A program made the translations under genes and the position numbers. The notes beneath the pieces were generated by a model. The model had not been told where the DNA came from. It saw only the letters and a program-made list of their open reading frames with translations, and made no database searches. Below are positions 43,016-58,972 of a stretch of 64,000 nt of DNA, piece after piece. This stretch comes from the human T2T-CHM13v2.0 reference genome, Homo sapiens: the NCBI RefSeq assembly GCF_009914755.1, contig NC_060935.1; one strand, given 5' to 3'. Numbering within the stretch: the first letter of the stretch is position 1; every line of letters starts with the position of its first letter.

Positions 43016-43312
43016 GGCTGGGCACAGTGGCTCACGCCTGTAATCCCAGCAGTTTGGGAGGCAGAGGCAGGTGGATCACCAAAGGTCAGGAGTTCGAGAC
43101 CAGCCTGGCCAAAATGGTGAAAGCTGGTTTCCACTAAAAATACAAAAAAATTAGCCGAGCGTAGCGGTGCATGCCTGTAGTCCCAGCTACTCAGGAGGGA
43201 GAGGCAGCAGAATCACTTGAACCCAAGGGGTGGAGGTTGCAGTGAGCTGAGATCACGCCATTGCACTCCAGCCTGGGTGAAAAGAGCAAAACGCAGTCTT
43301 AAATAAATAAAT
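43016..43312 (+). mobile_element. Alu (S-type)
   Basis: TSD aagccaaagct; (TAAA)n tail. Confidence 0.92.
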
Positions 43313-43394
43313 AAGCCAAAGCTATGAAAATGGTTGATATAAGAAGACTACTTGGCCAAGAGTTAGATTCCCATATAAATAAGCAGTTTATGCC

Positions 43395-44030
43395 TCCATT
43401 CATTTAAAAATATGAATCCCACACCTCTACATGCTAGACATATATTTCCAGGGCTGGGTATATGGTGCTGAAGAAACTAACATTCCTGCCCCTGCCCCTT
43501 GGTGTCTTTCTATGCAGGGGTCGGGGTGAGAGGGTCGGTAATGGTGGTAGATCAGACAATAAACAAGAAAAATAAATAGTTCCAGATAGTGATAAGTGCT
43601 GCAAAGAAAATACAGCAGGAAGAGGTTTGGGGGGTGAGATTACAGAGGTAGGCCTAGATCTCACCCGATAAGTAGGTCCTTGTGGGCTCTGGTCAGACTT
43701 CAAATTTTGTATAAATGCAATGGAAAACCACTGGAGGGCTTTCAGCAGGGGAATAACATGATCTGACGCGATTTTCCAAGACCGTTCTAGATGCTGTATG
43801 TTCAAAAGGTGGGAAAGAATATATAAGCTGTGACATCAGGGAGGGGCCTTCTCCATGAGTCCAGGGGAAAGGCATTCCAAAGGGACACCAGGGCTGGTGG
43901 TGGATGAAGGAACAATCAGAGTAGAAATTTGAAAGGCAGAGCCAATAGGACTTGCTGATGCATTGGATGTAGGGAGACAGGACAAAAGAAAAATCAAAAA
44001 TAACTCCTAATCTTTTTTTTCACATCAGCT
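43395..44030 (-). mobile_element. L2 LINE fragment
   Basis: cattcattt...gatagtgataagtgct...ggacttgctgatgcattggatgt. Confidence 0.65.
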
Positions 44031-44749
44031 GCAGCAATGCTCAGCCAGGCCTAAGTAGCGGAAAGACTGTCTTAATTCTATTAAAAAACATACACACACA
44101 ACAGATAGTCAACAATCAGTAAGTCAGAAAACCCTGATGAGTAAGTTGGAAGGGAGAGGGAGGAAGCAGATAGAAAAACAGATTCATAATGTCAGGAAAC
44201 GGCCAAAACCTGAGGGCCCGGAGATGGGGGTAGAAAAATATGAACACACAGAGTTGGTTTCAACAGTCTGCAATATCATTCGGAGTGTCCCAGTGGACCT
44301 TAAATAGAGCAATGGGGCCTCGGGAACTGGAGTTCAAGTCTAATAATCAGCAGCATTTTCAGTAGAGATAGATTTGTATCCATAGTGATGTGCTAGAGGC
44401 GGAGCATCAATCTAAAGTTGTTTCCTAGAAGGAGAGTCTTAGACTCCCTTGACTGTATACCAGGAAACAAACCCAGGAAACAAATTATATTTGAGATGGG
44501 CTCAAATATGAAATGGGAATATTGCACAGAATCACATAAAGAAAAATGGGAATGAGCAGCTTGTACTCACTCATCTTAACCAAGGAATGAAAGGCAATTG
44601 TGAGAAACTAGGTGTCTCAGGATGGTGCTAATACTGAGAACATCCGAAACCGTTATAATCATTATGCATTTACAATGTATTACACACTGCACCAATGTAC
44701 TTGCAATATCTCACGGATGTCTCACGATTTTCCTGGAAGAAAGCACAGA

Positions 44750-44990
44750 CTTGATTAAAAGCATGGACTAGGAAACCACACTCCCTGGTTTCAAATCCCA
44801 ATACTGCCACCTTGGGCAGCTGACATCACCTCTTTGAATCTGAGTTTCTCTGCCTGTAAATTTCAGAGGATAATGGTAGCTACTTCATAGGACCTCTGAG
44901 AAGATTAAATGAGCTCATGTAAATAAAGTACTTAGAACAGTGCCTGGGACAGAGTGATATTCAATTAGTGATAGCGACTATTACTATCAT
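44750..44990 (+). mobile_element. MIR SINE (near full length)
   Basis: ctggtttcaaatccc...taaatgagctcatgtaaataaagtacttagaacagtgcctgg. Confidence 0.8.
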
Positions 44991-45139
44991 TCCTTTTTTA
45001 CAGGGAAAGACTTAGAAGCTGAGAGATGCTTAAGTAACTTGTCTAATGTCACAGGGCTGAAATGTGACAAAGCCAGGGTTTTAATCACCTCTGTCCTCCA
45101 GACCCAGTATCTATCAGATACCAGATAGGTCACACTGGC

Positions 45140-45630
45140 AAGCTGTGAAAGCGAGTCTCCAAACCTGGGACCAAGTGAACTATGACCTCAATATTCATAT
45201 CCATGAGTGGTCCACTCCCACACTGAATCTGCGCTGGCCCTGTGACTTGATTTAACCAACAAAAAGTGGCAGAAGTAATGCTGTGCCTGGCAGCTTCTGC
45301 TTTTGTGCTCTTGGAAGCCCTGAGCCACCATGGATTAAGTCTGATCCATGGAGAGTGATGGAGAGTCCATATGGAGAGACCACGTGGAGAGAAAAGAAGC
45401 TCAACCTTTCCAGCATGCCAGCTGAGCCCATCTTTCTAGCCATTCCCCCAAGGCACCAGACATATTAGTGGATACATATTGAACATTTCAGCCCCAACTA
45501 CCCTCTGACTGCATCCCCATGGGACACCAAAGCAAGACCAGCAAAACAACTCTCCAACTAAGCTACAGTGGTGACAATTTATTGTTTTAAGCCTCTATGT
45601 TTTTGTTATGCAACAATATGCAACTGAAAC
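45140..45630 (+). mobile_element. MLT1-type LTR
   Basis: ggccctgtgacttgatttaaccaac...ttgttttaagcc...ttgttatgcaacaata..caactgaaaca end. Confidence 0.65.
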
Positions 45631-46069
45631 ACTAATCTATAAGAAAAAGACTTATTGGGGACAAAAATGTGTCAGTAACATAAGGCTGAAACCTAGAGTG
45701 ACTGTTGCATCCCAGAAGCAAGCTGTACAGAAAATAATCATCCATGCTCTGGAGTCCTATTAATGAGCATATAATAGTGCCAACCACACAGTAAGAAATC
45801 AACAAAAAATTAGCTGCTTTTTTTATTATTAACAAGAATACACTTATTCTAGATGCAATTTAATTGCAATGCAAGGAATAGATAAAAATCCTTAGTTTTT
45901 GCTTCTAACTTCTCCAGGAATAATGCTGCAGGAAATTTGTATCACTTTCCTTTGCTTTAGGAAATTTCAGTGCACAGTATTGTAAAGACTTGATTATTAA
46001 AAGATTTGACAAGGACAAAAAAAGTTAAGAAAGAGAAGATGACCACAACTGGTCTCATACTGCTCGTTA

Positions 46070-46537
<468 letters not shown>

Positions 46538-46958
46538 TCACTCCACAATGGTGGGAGAATATTGAGTTCCCAGAAATAAAGCAGCAGTCAAAGGTAGCAC
46601 AGACAAAGACGCTGAGCCCATGAGTTACATAGAGGAGTGCAGCTGTACTGCATTCATCATTTTGATGAATAAATAGATAAGGGAAAAGCAAGGCCTTCCA
46701 TAGAAATAAAGGTTATTTCTGTAGATTACTTTAAACGTATAATAAAGTCCTTCAGCGAAAAAAATAGACATTCCAACAGAGATCTCAGGGAACAAGAGCA
46801 ACATGGAATACCCAGAAGACGATCTAGATTGAACAGAATAGAATCATCAGCAGTAGAATTGAGAACAATCACCAGACCTTTGGTGGAGGTGGAGCTGAGC
46901 ACTGATCTTTGGATACGTTATACATCCTGTATTGCTTCATCGAAGCAATGGTATAGTC

Positions 46959-47483
46959 CAGAGGTCCTTGACCTGCGGGCCACGGATGGGTACTAGTCTG
47001 TGGCCTGTTAGGAACCAGGCTGCATAGCAGGAGGTGAGCAGCAGGCAAGCGAGTGAGCGAAGATTCCTCTGTATTTAAAGCTTCTCCGCATCATTCGCAT
47101 TATTGCCTGAGCTCTGTCTCCTGTCAGATCAGCGGTGGCATTAGATTCTCATGGCAGTGCCAACCCTATTGCGAACTGCGCATGCGAGGGATCTAGGTTG
47201 CACGCTCCTTAAGAGAATCTAACTCCTGATGATCTGTCACTGTCTCCCATCACCCCCAGGTGGGACCCTCTAGTTGCAGGAAAACAAGCTCAGGGCTCCC
47301 ACTGATCCTACAATTTGGTGAGTTGTATAATTATTTCATTATTGTTAACAATGTAATAATACCAAAGTACAAAATAAATGTAATGCACTTGAATCATCCC
47401 AAAACCATTCCCCATCCCAGGCGTGTGGAAAAATTGTCTTCCATGAAACCATTCCACGGTGACAAAAAGGTTGGGGACTGCTG
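46959..47483 (+). mobile_element. MER1A-like hAT-Charlie DNA transposon
   Basis: About 525 bp, CAG...ggttggggactgctg termini, 8-bp TSD gtatagtc / gtttagtc. Confidence 0.88.
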
Positions 47484-48029
47484 GTTTAGTCCATTGAAAA
47501 TCATTCCTTGTTTCCATAAAGATCCTCCTCTTCTACCATTTGTGATATGTGGAGTTTTGGATGCATGAGCCCTATCTCATTATTAGAGTCTTGGGATTTG
47601 TCAAGAGTTGGCAAAACCAACGATGCAGCCCACTCTGATTTCCTCCTTGAAGAATTTATTTATTTCTGGCTAAAAGTGCTACGATTTACTCCAGGAGGCT
47701 GATAATTATAGAAGGCAGCTGTAGTAATGTAGAGGAAGCCCTAGGCTTTAATTCAAGAGACATAGTCCCTCAACAAACACTTGCCGAGGCCCTGGCGTGA
47801 GGCAAGGCAATGTTTAGGTACATGAAGAATTACTAAAAACCAAAGAGATCAGAGATTATTGATTCATGTTTTATCCACCGTGCCCAGCATAGGGCTGGAT
47901 GTGTAGCAGGTTTTCAATAAATGTTTGTTTAACCAAATTAATAATGATACTAGTTAGCAAATCAATTTCCCTCTCTGGGGTTGGTATTTCACCTCCTATT
48001 TTAAAATTTAAAAAATGTAAGTGGGTTAT

Positions 48030-48185
48030 AGCAGCACTTCTCAAAATTGAATGTGCATAACAATTTCCCGGGGATCCTGTTAAGGTACATATTCCAAACC
48101 AGTAGGCTGGGAAGGAAGGCCTGGAAGTTGCGTTTCTAACAAACCTCCAGCATTACTGGCCCATGGACCACACTTTGAGTAGCAA
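48030..48185. mobile_element. MER5A-like hAT MITE
   Basis: cacttctcaaa...ggaccacactttgagtagca. Confidence 0.7.
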
Positions 48186-51100
48186 TGGGGCAAATGATCT
48201 CTCAGGGAGAAATTTTGGATACAATGAGGGATCCTCCGATTCTGTTTTTTAATTATGAAAAAATAGTAGATACTCTAACTATGGAAGGGAGAAAAAGAGA
48301 GGTAAATGGGGCTGGGCACGGTGCCTGGGGTGGATCCAGGAGGTTGGTAGAGGCTTCTCCTGGGGGCCAGCAGGAAAGGCCCACTCTTCGTCACAACGCA
48401 CAAACAAATTCTTTTTGGTGCCTGCAAAAAGAATCAGCAATAATTTCGCTGGCTCGGAAGGCTCTGTCTCTTAATGATTCTTCCTGTTTTTCTCAGCCTG
48501 ACCCAAGAGAATGAGAAAACAGCCCTAGTGAAGGTCAGCGGAGGTCAGAGAGGTCCCTGGAGAGGGCCGCTTTCAGGGAAATGGAGCAGATAGAGGCCCA
48601 CCCCTTCTGCCCACCCTCATCTCTGCCTAACTCTAGCGCTACTCCTTGACCAATCCAGCCCAATCCCAGTGTATCAGTACTCTGCCCCAAGTCAATTCCA
48701 TTCAATTAGACATTCATTACTACTGATGTGTGTGCCAGCATGCTAGATGCCCCGGATGATGCCAGGATGTGACACTGCCAGGGCCCTCCAGTTGCCCATG
48801 GTCTAATGGGGAGGAGTTCCACAGTCACAAGAAGACGTGTTACAATGAAGAATGCAATCAAGGACACGAGAAAGAGATCTGCAAGTACAATATGAATTTA
48901 GAGAAGTGAGAGACCAAACTTTACAGAGAAGGGGACATCTGAAATTTAAAGATGGGTATAAGCTCTTCAGTAAAGATGGAAATGAGCCATTCCAGGTGGA
49001 GGGAAAGCAGGAGAGACAGCACAGAGGGGAAGGAAGAGTGGATGCTCACGACAGAATCCAGTGTGACTGGAACAAAGGGTATTTTGAAAGAATAGCCTGC
49101 AATGGAGGGTCTGGGAGGTGCAGGGGAGATTTTCATCTTTAGGGTCTTAGTCCTTCCTTTCTCATCTTTAGAGTCTGATAATTGGCCCTCCCTTCAACAT
49201 GCATATGCTTCCCTGACCCATCTTTAGGATCATACTTGCAAAAACAGTTCAAGATTAACCACAGCAATTCATTTATTCCACAATCTTTTACCAAAACCCT
49301 AAGACACGTGAGGCACTGTGCAAGCATAGGAAATACAGCCAGGGATGAGATAGGTAAGTTCCAGAGCACTGGACAAACAATCAGTAAAGTGAGACGGTAG
49401 AAAGAACATAGGAACAGGAAAGTCCTGGGTGCAAATATACGTCGTGTGTCATGAACAAAAGATTTCATATCTCTGAGCCCTGGTTTCTACCTCCCTGATG
49501 GGGATAATTATACTTATTCCACGGGGTTATTGTAGAAATTAACCTGTGGGGAAAGAGCTTCATACTGTGTTGGGCACACTGTAAGCATTCGTTACCCATG
49601 TATTCTTTGTTCAGCCATAAAGAGAGGCGCCTGGAATACCAAATCTCCAGGGTCCCTTTCAGCTCTGATATTTTGCTTGGGCAGTTCTAAGACTCTGCGG
49701 CACCTGTAACTGTGCCCACTGACCAGGGTCCTGGCACATCCCAAGGAGTGACGCTCCATCCCTCCCTGAGCAAGAAGCTTCTACCAGGGTGGCCTGAGAT
49801 GAGGCCAATGGATCAGGCAGGCATTAATCAGGTGGCCGCCCTCCTTGGCTGTGGCGCCGGCAGGCCAGGCAGCGTTCTGGCTGCCTAGCTTCCCCGATCG
49901 GCTTCCACACCACTCCACAGACCCGTTGCCATGACAGTGAACCCCAAGGGGCACCCAGGAGTGGCCAGAGCTGGAGAGGAAGGGTTCCATTGATCGAAAT
50001 CCATCTGACTCAGCCTTGGTTGATTTCAGGATCCTGGAGTGAGAACAAACAACAATTTAAATCTACTGAATGCTTTTTTCAATGCCAGACAACATATTAA
50101 GTGTGTTTTTCCGATTCTCTCATTTCATACTCACAATGGTAACGTGAAATAGGGATCCTCATTCCCACTTAACAGAATGAGAAACTGGGGATCAGAGAAG
50201 AAAATACCGATGTCACCCACATAGTAAGTGGTAAGGCCAGGACACAACTGTGCCCCCCAGCTCCAGCCCCAGGGATGTATCATTCCAAAGACCCTGTGCT
50301 TTTCCACAAACCACAGTCTTCCGAGCCACCTGAGCCTCCAGGAAAGTTGATGCCACTTTCCCCACTTGCCTGAATGTTCCTGAGGGGCCAAGGGGGACAG
50401 GTGCAGAGAGCTAGGTCTCTGAGTGATTCCTCAGAGACAAGGCCAGGTCACCCAGATGATGGGCTACTCAGACAGCTGCCAAAAATATGTTCTGGGATTT
50501 TCCAATGTAATCCCAATTTCAAATATTCTGCTTGTTTTTCTAAAGAATGAAAATTCCAACATACTGCCACCAAACTAATACGTCTCTCAAATGAGCTGTT
50601 GTTCATCTGGAAACAGCACAATATTTGACAACATCTGTCAGACCCCGTCACAACATTTGGTTCTAAAGAGCACGGTCCCTGTATTTTGATGCAAGGTAGC
50701 AATGTGCAAGCTCTGGCCTTAGATTTAGGGCTCTGACCTGCCAGAAGGAGGATATCCAGAAACCAGAGGACATCAACCCTTTTTCTAACCTCAGCAGCTG
50801 GGGAATTTGCCGAAAGAACAGCTTGGCATTCCTTCCCTGCCTTTCACCCCCCTTCCCATGGCTACTGAACTATTGAGCCCAAACTCTGGGAACCCATGAC
50901 ATGGGAAAATCCAGCTGGCTTCTGTAGCCCCAGACATCTGGATTCCCTAACCCCAGGCAGCCAGCTGAGTGAGGAGGCAGCAACACAAGGATGCTTGGGA
51001 AAGCCTTCGGAGGGACGTCTGCCAAGTCATCTCCCTCCTGAACAAACACATGTCCCACTATCTAGGGGTCAGCAGAGCCATGTTTATATGTGCTTAGGCC

Positions 51101-51634
51101 ATTCAACTGATTAATTAATTAGCTCCCTGGGTGGCCTTTGGCCACTAAAGCTTCATCCCTTGAGGCCTCAGTTTTCTTATCTATAAAATATTAGAATTAG
51201 GCAAGTTGATGTCTAAGGTTACTTCCTGCCCTACGATTTCAGCTTTCTACCATAAAAGAACAGGATGAGCATGGACAGGATTTGGCTCTAATACTGTCCC
51301 TGCTCTGCCAGCATGGGAAAGTCCCTTCCCATTTCTAAGCCTCAGTTTCCTTGGGGAGTTAAATGAGGGGCGGACTAGATGATCTCTCAGTCCAGAGCTC
51401 TGTTATCTCAGAAACTGGAACACATCTTGACATGCCCTCTCCCTGATCACCTGCATGCACTGTAACCCAGCAGACCCCATCTCGACAGCTCCATTGCCAC
51501 CTACTCAATCAGGCTGCCTGCTCTCACCTGGACCACTGCAATAGCCTCCTAACTGGTCAAGCAACATCTGCCGCCCCTCCCTCATCTCTATGCTGGAGAC
51601 TACCAGTGTGAAGTTTCTTTTCAAAACACAAATC

Positions 51635-51931
51635 AGCTAGGCACAATGGCTCACGCCTGTAATCAATCCCAGAACTTTGAGAGGCTGAAGCAGGAGGATT
51701 ACTTGAGCGTAGGAGTTTGAGACCACCCGGGACAACATAGCAAGATCCCAGCTCTACCAAAAAAAAAAAATTTAAATTATCCAGGCATGGGGGCGTTTGT
51801 GTGTAGTCCCAGCTACTCAAGAGGCTGAGGCAGGAAGATGACTTGAGCCCAGGAGGTCAGGGCTGCAGTGAGCCATGCTCATGCCACTGCACTCCAGCCT
51901 GAGCAACAGAGTGAGACCCTGTCTCAAAAAA

Positions 51932-51991
<60 letters not shown>
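51635..51991 (+). mobile_element. Alu (J-type) with poly(A)-(TA)n tail, inside an L2 fragment
   Basis: Dimer, then an A run at 51926-51949 and (TA)n at 51950-51991. Confidence 0.9.
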
Positions 51992-51993
<2 letters not shown>

Positions 51994-54900
51994 ATCATGT
52001 TAGCCTGCTGCTTGTATGGAGTTCCATTGCAATTAGGGTAAACAATAGTGCAGCTTGTGAGACCCTCACGGCTAACCCAGCCCACCCCTCAGCACCATGT
52101 CTCACCACCCTCCCTTCCTCAATGTACACAAGTCCCTTGGCCTTTCGCTTCCTTAATAGACAAGCCTCCCAAGCCTCAATCTTTGTTCATGCAATTTCTT
52201 TGCCTAGAATGCTGATCTGCTTCCTCTCTATCCCACTCCCTTCTTCAACTTGTCCATTTCTTCCCTTCCTTTAGATTTCACCTCAGGCATCTCTGCTTAG
52301 AAATCCTCCTGGGAACTCACCAGGCTAGCTCAGATTCCCTGGGTAGACTTTCCCATAAGACCATTGCCTTCCCTACAGAGCATTCCTGTCCATTTCTGAG
52401 TGCGTTCAGGGATGACATTGCTTTCTCTCATTCCTACTCATCCCATAGTCTACACTCAATAAACCTTTTCAAGATGAGGGACTGGATGTTCTGCCCTTAG
52501 GAAGCTCCTAAGAAGAGGATGGCACCTTTTCCAAAAGCCCTGGCAGAGACCAAGACTAAAACAGATCTGATCTAAGACTGTCAGGCTCCCGAGGAGACAT
52601 CCTGCTGACTGCTGGAAAGCTCTGCCCAAGGCAAGCTTGAGACTTAGCCAATTGCTATGGCTATGCTCAGAGTTCATTCCAGCAGAGGGTGCTCAGAAGT
52701 CCACCCTAGAGCGCTCTGAGCTGGCTGCCCTCCCAGCCAGCAGGCAGCCCGGGGCAATGGCTCCAGAGCATCAGATTAGGAGGAGAGCTGAAGTCTGTAC
52801 TGTGGAAAGACAAGATGACTAGATAGATTCTTCTTTGGAAATGTCTTAAAGTGCCTTTTCCCCCACCTTCTCCACCCACTGACTTGCACAGATCATTCAA
52901 GTGTAAATGGGCCTCCTCCTTCAGGAAGCCTTCCTGTATCACCCCTGCTGGACTAAGGTTCCTAAATCTGCATTTCTATGCCTCCTGGGCATCCCACTAG
53001 CATTGTATACTACTACACTGAGAGAATGTGTTTCCACACCTGTCTCCTCAGCCAGAATAGCCTTTTTCATCTCCTATCACCAGCATCCAGTGCCTAGAAC
53101 ACAACTATCACTTGGGAAGACTCTATCATTTTATAGATGAGGAAACCAAGATCCAGGAGAAAGAATGATTTGTCCCCCAGGGTCACACAAGTCACTCACT
53201 GGCAGGGCCAGGAATCTAACCCACGTCTACCACTTCAAGCTGACACCTTTCCCTGTTGCATCCCTGCCTTCAGGAAGGGATGGGAATGAATTTGCGATAG
53301 GATTCATTTATGATCCTGTGGACAAGAGCCTCCAATGACTCTCCGGGGATGCCTAATCACCCCTTTATAAGAAAGGCTCCAAGAGCAAGATGCCGGACTC
53401 TCCCATGGGGAGAGCACCTGTAGCCTGTTGTGTTGCCTGCCCACCAGCTGGAGAGGCTGACCCTACTCAGTACTGAGATTAATGAAGAATCCAACCTCAG
53501 TTCCAGCAGGAGGTGAGCACACGATGGCAATCCCTCCCTTCTCTGCACGCAGAAAGTTCATCTTCCAGGAAATGGAGAGTTATGGTTCCTTCCCACCCCC
53601 TACCCCCAGTTGATGCTTTCTGAGAGTCAACCAGCATTTATTAAATGTGCCGTCTCATTCGGTCATTCAACCCCAGACCATAAGTTTCTTGAAGTCAGGA
53701 AAGTATCTTAAGTTTGGATCACAGAATATATTGTTCTAAAGGGCCTTTAGGATTCACCAGGTTCTAGCTTCTCTGTTTACACCTAGGAAATGGGGTCCAG
53801 AGGGTGAAAGAGACTTGCCGTGTGAATGACTGCAGAGCCAAGGTCTGGGTCCTGCTCCCTGGTGTCCCACACTGATCTCTCTGCTCCATGTCTCTGGACT
53901 CTGGCCCTGACAAGAAGCCTCCTTGGATCCTTCCAGGCCTGAGAGCAGAGCAGGTCCCTGTGAAGGTGTGTCTGTCCGTTGATGGGAGAGAGCATGTCAA
54001 GATTCAAACTGCAAATCTGATCGCCTCACTTCTCTGTTGAAGGACTGCAGTGGCTTCACCCCACCCTCATATGAAGTTCATCCTTCAGGATGGGTCCTCC
54101 GAGACCCTGACCCCGATGTCGTCTCCAGACACGGCCCTGTCACTCTGAGCCACAGTCCCTCACTTGGCACTTCCCAGCTCCTCCCTTACCTTACCAGCTC
54201 ACTCAGGGCTGTTTCCCACCTCTTCACTTGGCCAACTCCTGCTCTTCCTTCAGCTGAATGCCCAGCCTCCTCCTCTATGAAGCCTTCCCTCATGTTATCC
54301 CACCCCACACACAACCTCCAAAGCACCCTGGACTTTTGGATTTCCATTCAGCTCACTGTGCTTGCTTATCCTCTCTCTCTCTCCTCCACCCAACCACAGA
54401 CTCCCCTGGCCTGGGACAGTCTCTCTCTCCCCATCATCAATGTACTTGCACAGTCAGGCTCTGTCATCAGCACTCAGAGGATGTTCGACAAATATTGTAG
54501 GGGTGTTTGATTGACAAGTGGAGACCACTCCCCTTTATGTGTCCTGCTCCTTGACTCAGTGGAACCACAGAGGCCACTGAGAATGGACCCAGAAGATAGT
54601 TCCTGCTAAGGCAGGGGCAGTGATAGAACAGGAGCAGCTCATGGAGAAGCCTCTAACCATCTGCCCCACAGGAGTGTCTGTCCAAGACAGCTGATGTTCC
54701 AGTCTCCATATCAGTCCAGGATGCATGTGGAGGGGGAAGTCTTCATCTCCCTCTGATCCCCGGCTGCTACTTCCTGAACCTTCTTAGGGCTAAGGGGCTG
54801 GCAGGCAGGCGGGCGGTGGGGCTGCCACACGCTCCCACTCCTAGCACATATCCTGTCGCTACCTCTTCTGGCAGGATGTTATTGCAGAGCCCAGGGCTGT

Positions 54901-56179
54901 TATTGTCAGGAGAATGGCTTTCCTGAGCTCATTAAAGGACCTCTGTCCTTTCTCCAGGACCGACCCCCCTTTTCCTCTGTCCCCAATCAACACTGAGAGA
55001 AAGGGGCCCTGGGACAACTCCAGGTGGAGCATCACAGCTCCCCTTCCTCCTGCTACTTCTCTACTTGGCTGGCTGATGACTATGATCACAGATGGTCATC
55101 ATTCCTATTTGAATGCCTTTGTGTGCCTAGGCATTAATGGCCATTGACTAATTCAGCCCTCACAGCACTCATGTAAGATAAATGTTATTATTAATCTCAT
55201 TTATACAGTAGAGCAAGCTGGGGCTCAGAGAGGTTAAATGATGTGCTCTAACTCACACAGCAAGAAGGAAAAGGAACAGTAATTCCAACACAGTTCTTCC
55301 TGACTCCAACACCCTTTCTCTTGCAACACCCACTTGCTGCCATGAGCTAGTTTTTGTTCTGTGTAAGTGGAGAATTGCAGTGAACGAGGGGGAAAAGGCC
55401 TTCCCAGGAGCCAGCATTTCCCTACAGGGAGTCTAGAGGTCACAGGATCTTCCTCACCCTTGAGAAAGAGCTAGAACTAAGATGTAATAGTGAGATAGCA
55501 CCCATCTTGTGTTTGCTCAGGCCTTAACCAAATCAAAGCACTTCCACCCCTGAAGGAGAGAAGCCATTGACTCTTCATCATTCATGGGACAAGGCACAAG
55601 AAGAATGAAGATAATTAAAAACTGGAAATAATAAGTTGAATTTCTCTTAAGTGATTTTGTGTTGATGGAGCAGAAATGTAGCAGCTAAGAGACCACAGCT
55701 TGGTTACCACTAGCTGGGTAATCCTGATATATCACACCTACTAGGGACCTCATTTTCCTAATCTGGGAATCAGGAATAACTACCCCCACCATACAGCATT
55801 TGTTATATGAATCCAATGACTCCATGTCTATGAAAGTGCCTTATAAAATGAAGCATACAACCCCTGCCTCAGATTTGCTGAAAAGATTAAACACATTGAT
55901 ACATAAAGCACTTAGCACAGTGCCTGGAATTCAAGTGCTCTATAAATCAATGGCAGCTGCTACTTTGTCACAAAGTAATCATTTCTATTAATGCATTTAT
56001 TGTTCTGCTGAAGTTGTATTTGCAGTCCTGCAGCACAGCAGACTCTGGGTAAGGAGGCAGATTGGGCCTACCTGGTCAACAGCAAGAACCCTCCTGACTT
56101 CCACACTCAACACCTAGAGCCATGCGCCATGAAAGAGCAAAACCAGCACCTCCCTACCACCTAATAAAACAGAGAGACA

Positions 56180-56475
56180 GGCCAGGCACAGTGGCTCACA
56201 TGTGTAATCCCAACACTTTGGGAGGCTGAGGCAGAAGGATCACCTGAGCCCAGGAGTTCAAGACCAGCCTGGGCAATACAGTGAGATCCTTTCTTTACAA
56301 AAAATAAAAAATTAGCCAGGCACATGCTTATAGTCCCAGCTACTCAAGAGGCTGAGGCAGGAGGGTCACTTGAGGCCAGGAGGTCTAGGCTGCAGTGAGC
56401 TATGATCACATTACTGCACTCCAGCCTGAAAGACAGAATGAGACCCTGTCTCAAAAACAAAAACAAAAAGAAGAG
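56180..56475 (+). mobile_element. Alu (J-type)
   Basis: Diverged dimer. Confidence 0.88.
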
Positions 56476-56994
56476 AAAGAGAGACAGACAGATAAACAAA
56501 AGATGCTCTTAGAACAAAGATGTGATGGGAAGAGCAGAGCTGTCTGCAGTGGCATTCTCTTTGTTACCACCAGAGCTAAGTTTGCTACTGGACCCTTATC
56601 TGATGCCTAAAGAACCAAAAGCCTTTTACCTACATAATCTCAATCAATCACTACCACATCCCTAGGAGGTAGGGACTGTCACTTTCCAAAGAAGGAGATC
56701 AACTTTGAGAAGTTTAGTGACTTGCCCAAGCTCACTTAGTGGTGTGATCTGAACCTCAAAATGACTCTAAAGCCTACTTTCTTAAATATTCAAGCCGGGT
56801 CCAAAGACCAGTCCATCACTTACTGGCTGTGGCTTGGGACAAGCCTTTCTTGAATTTCCATTTTCCTTGCCTATGACATAAGTACACATAAAACTCACCT
56901 TGTAGGACTGCTGTGGCCATTAGGGTCTTGTGGCTACAGCCCCAACGTAATGCCTGACCAAACTGGTGCCTGGTTCTTCTCATCTTTAGGCTAC

Positions 56995-57905
<911 letters not shown>

Positions 57906-58972
57906 TCTAGACCTAGGAGGGTACACTACCCCTCTAGATAACAGGCAGGGACTGAAGAATGAAAATGAGGGGCTCTCCTCCCTTCATAAAAGGATTGGGA
58001 GGCATGCTAAGACATGTCCTTGGAAATCAAAATGTTTTTGTGGGCTCTGAGATAACAATTGGTCCTGGTGGTCTGTTCCATTTGGTAAATTCCCACCTGG
58101 CCCCTTTCTTGGCTCAACTGAAGAAGGAAAACACCCATCTCCAAGCTTCCAGCAGGAGCCTTGAAGTTGCAGGAAAAGCCAGGGGGGCAGGCTGAGGAGA
58201 CTAGCTTCTATTTTAAAGACGTTTTCCTCTTTGGAATAAGCTCCATCCTCCAACGGTGCAGACAGGGTAAAGGTTGTGACTGACATTGTGTTGCTGGACA
58301 TTAAACAGCCTCCGAGGTCACCCGGCAGCTGGTGGGTATGTCCTGACGGACGGCTCTTAATCGGGCTCACCCCTGCCCCTGGGAACCTTGAGGTCCTGGG
58401 GGTGGGGCAAGGAAAGGGAGGCCAGCTGTTGGTGATCACCATTTGCTTTTCCCTTCCCCCTCCACATTCCCTGCCCCTCTATGTCACCTCATCCTGCAAT
58501 GCCCTGTGATGATGGATGTTTGTGAGTTAAATGGATGGACAGGCAGGCAGGGAGTGTGAGTGCAGGGAGCAGACCACCCGGGCAACAACACAGGAAGCTC
58601 TGTTGGGTTTCTTCTCCCTGGTGTGAGCTCGTTCCTGGATGACAAGCTGTGATTTCCAACCAAATGTTTTCTTACAGTCACCACACCTATTGGTTTTCTC
58701 TCCCCTGGCAATATCTTCAGTGGGGCTTCAGAGAGATCATCTTACTTTTGCTCCATTAGGGCGATGAGACTTCGAGACCAGGGTACAGGGTCATGGAAGT
58801 AATACAAAGCTGCAGAAGAAGGCCTGGGTTGGGGCAAGGCAAGCTTCTGAGCCCAGTCACTTCACCCTTAATATGGGATAGCAACACCCACTTAACAAGG
58901 TGGTTGTGAAAATAAAACCAGATGATGATTAATAGATGAATGTGGCTGTCAAGTAGCAGGGGTACTCAAGTA

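Noticed and set aside
46931-46949. 8-bp perfect inverted repeat attgcttc/gaagcaat next to MER1A
   Set aside because: A stem this short is expected occasionally by chance in 64 kb; no supporting context.
52088-52105. TCAGCACCATG RE1 half-site
   Set aside because: No right half-site, and it lies within an L2 fragment.
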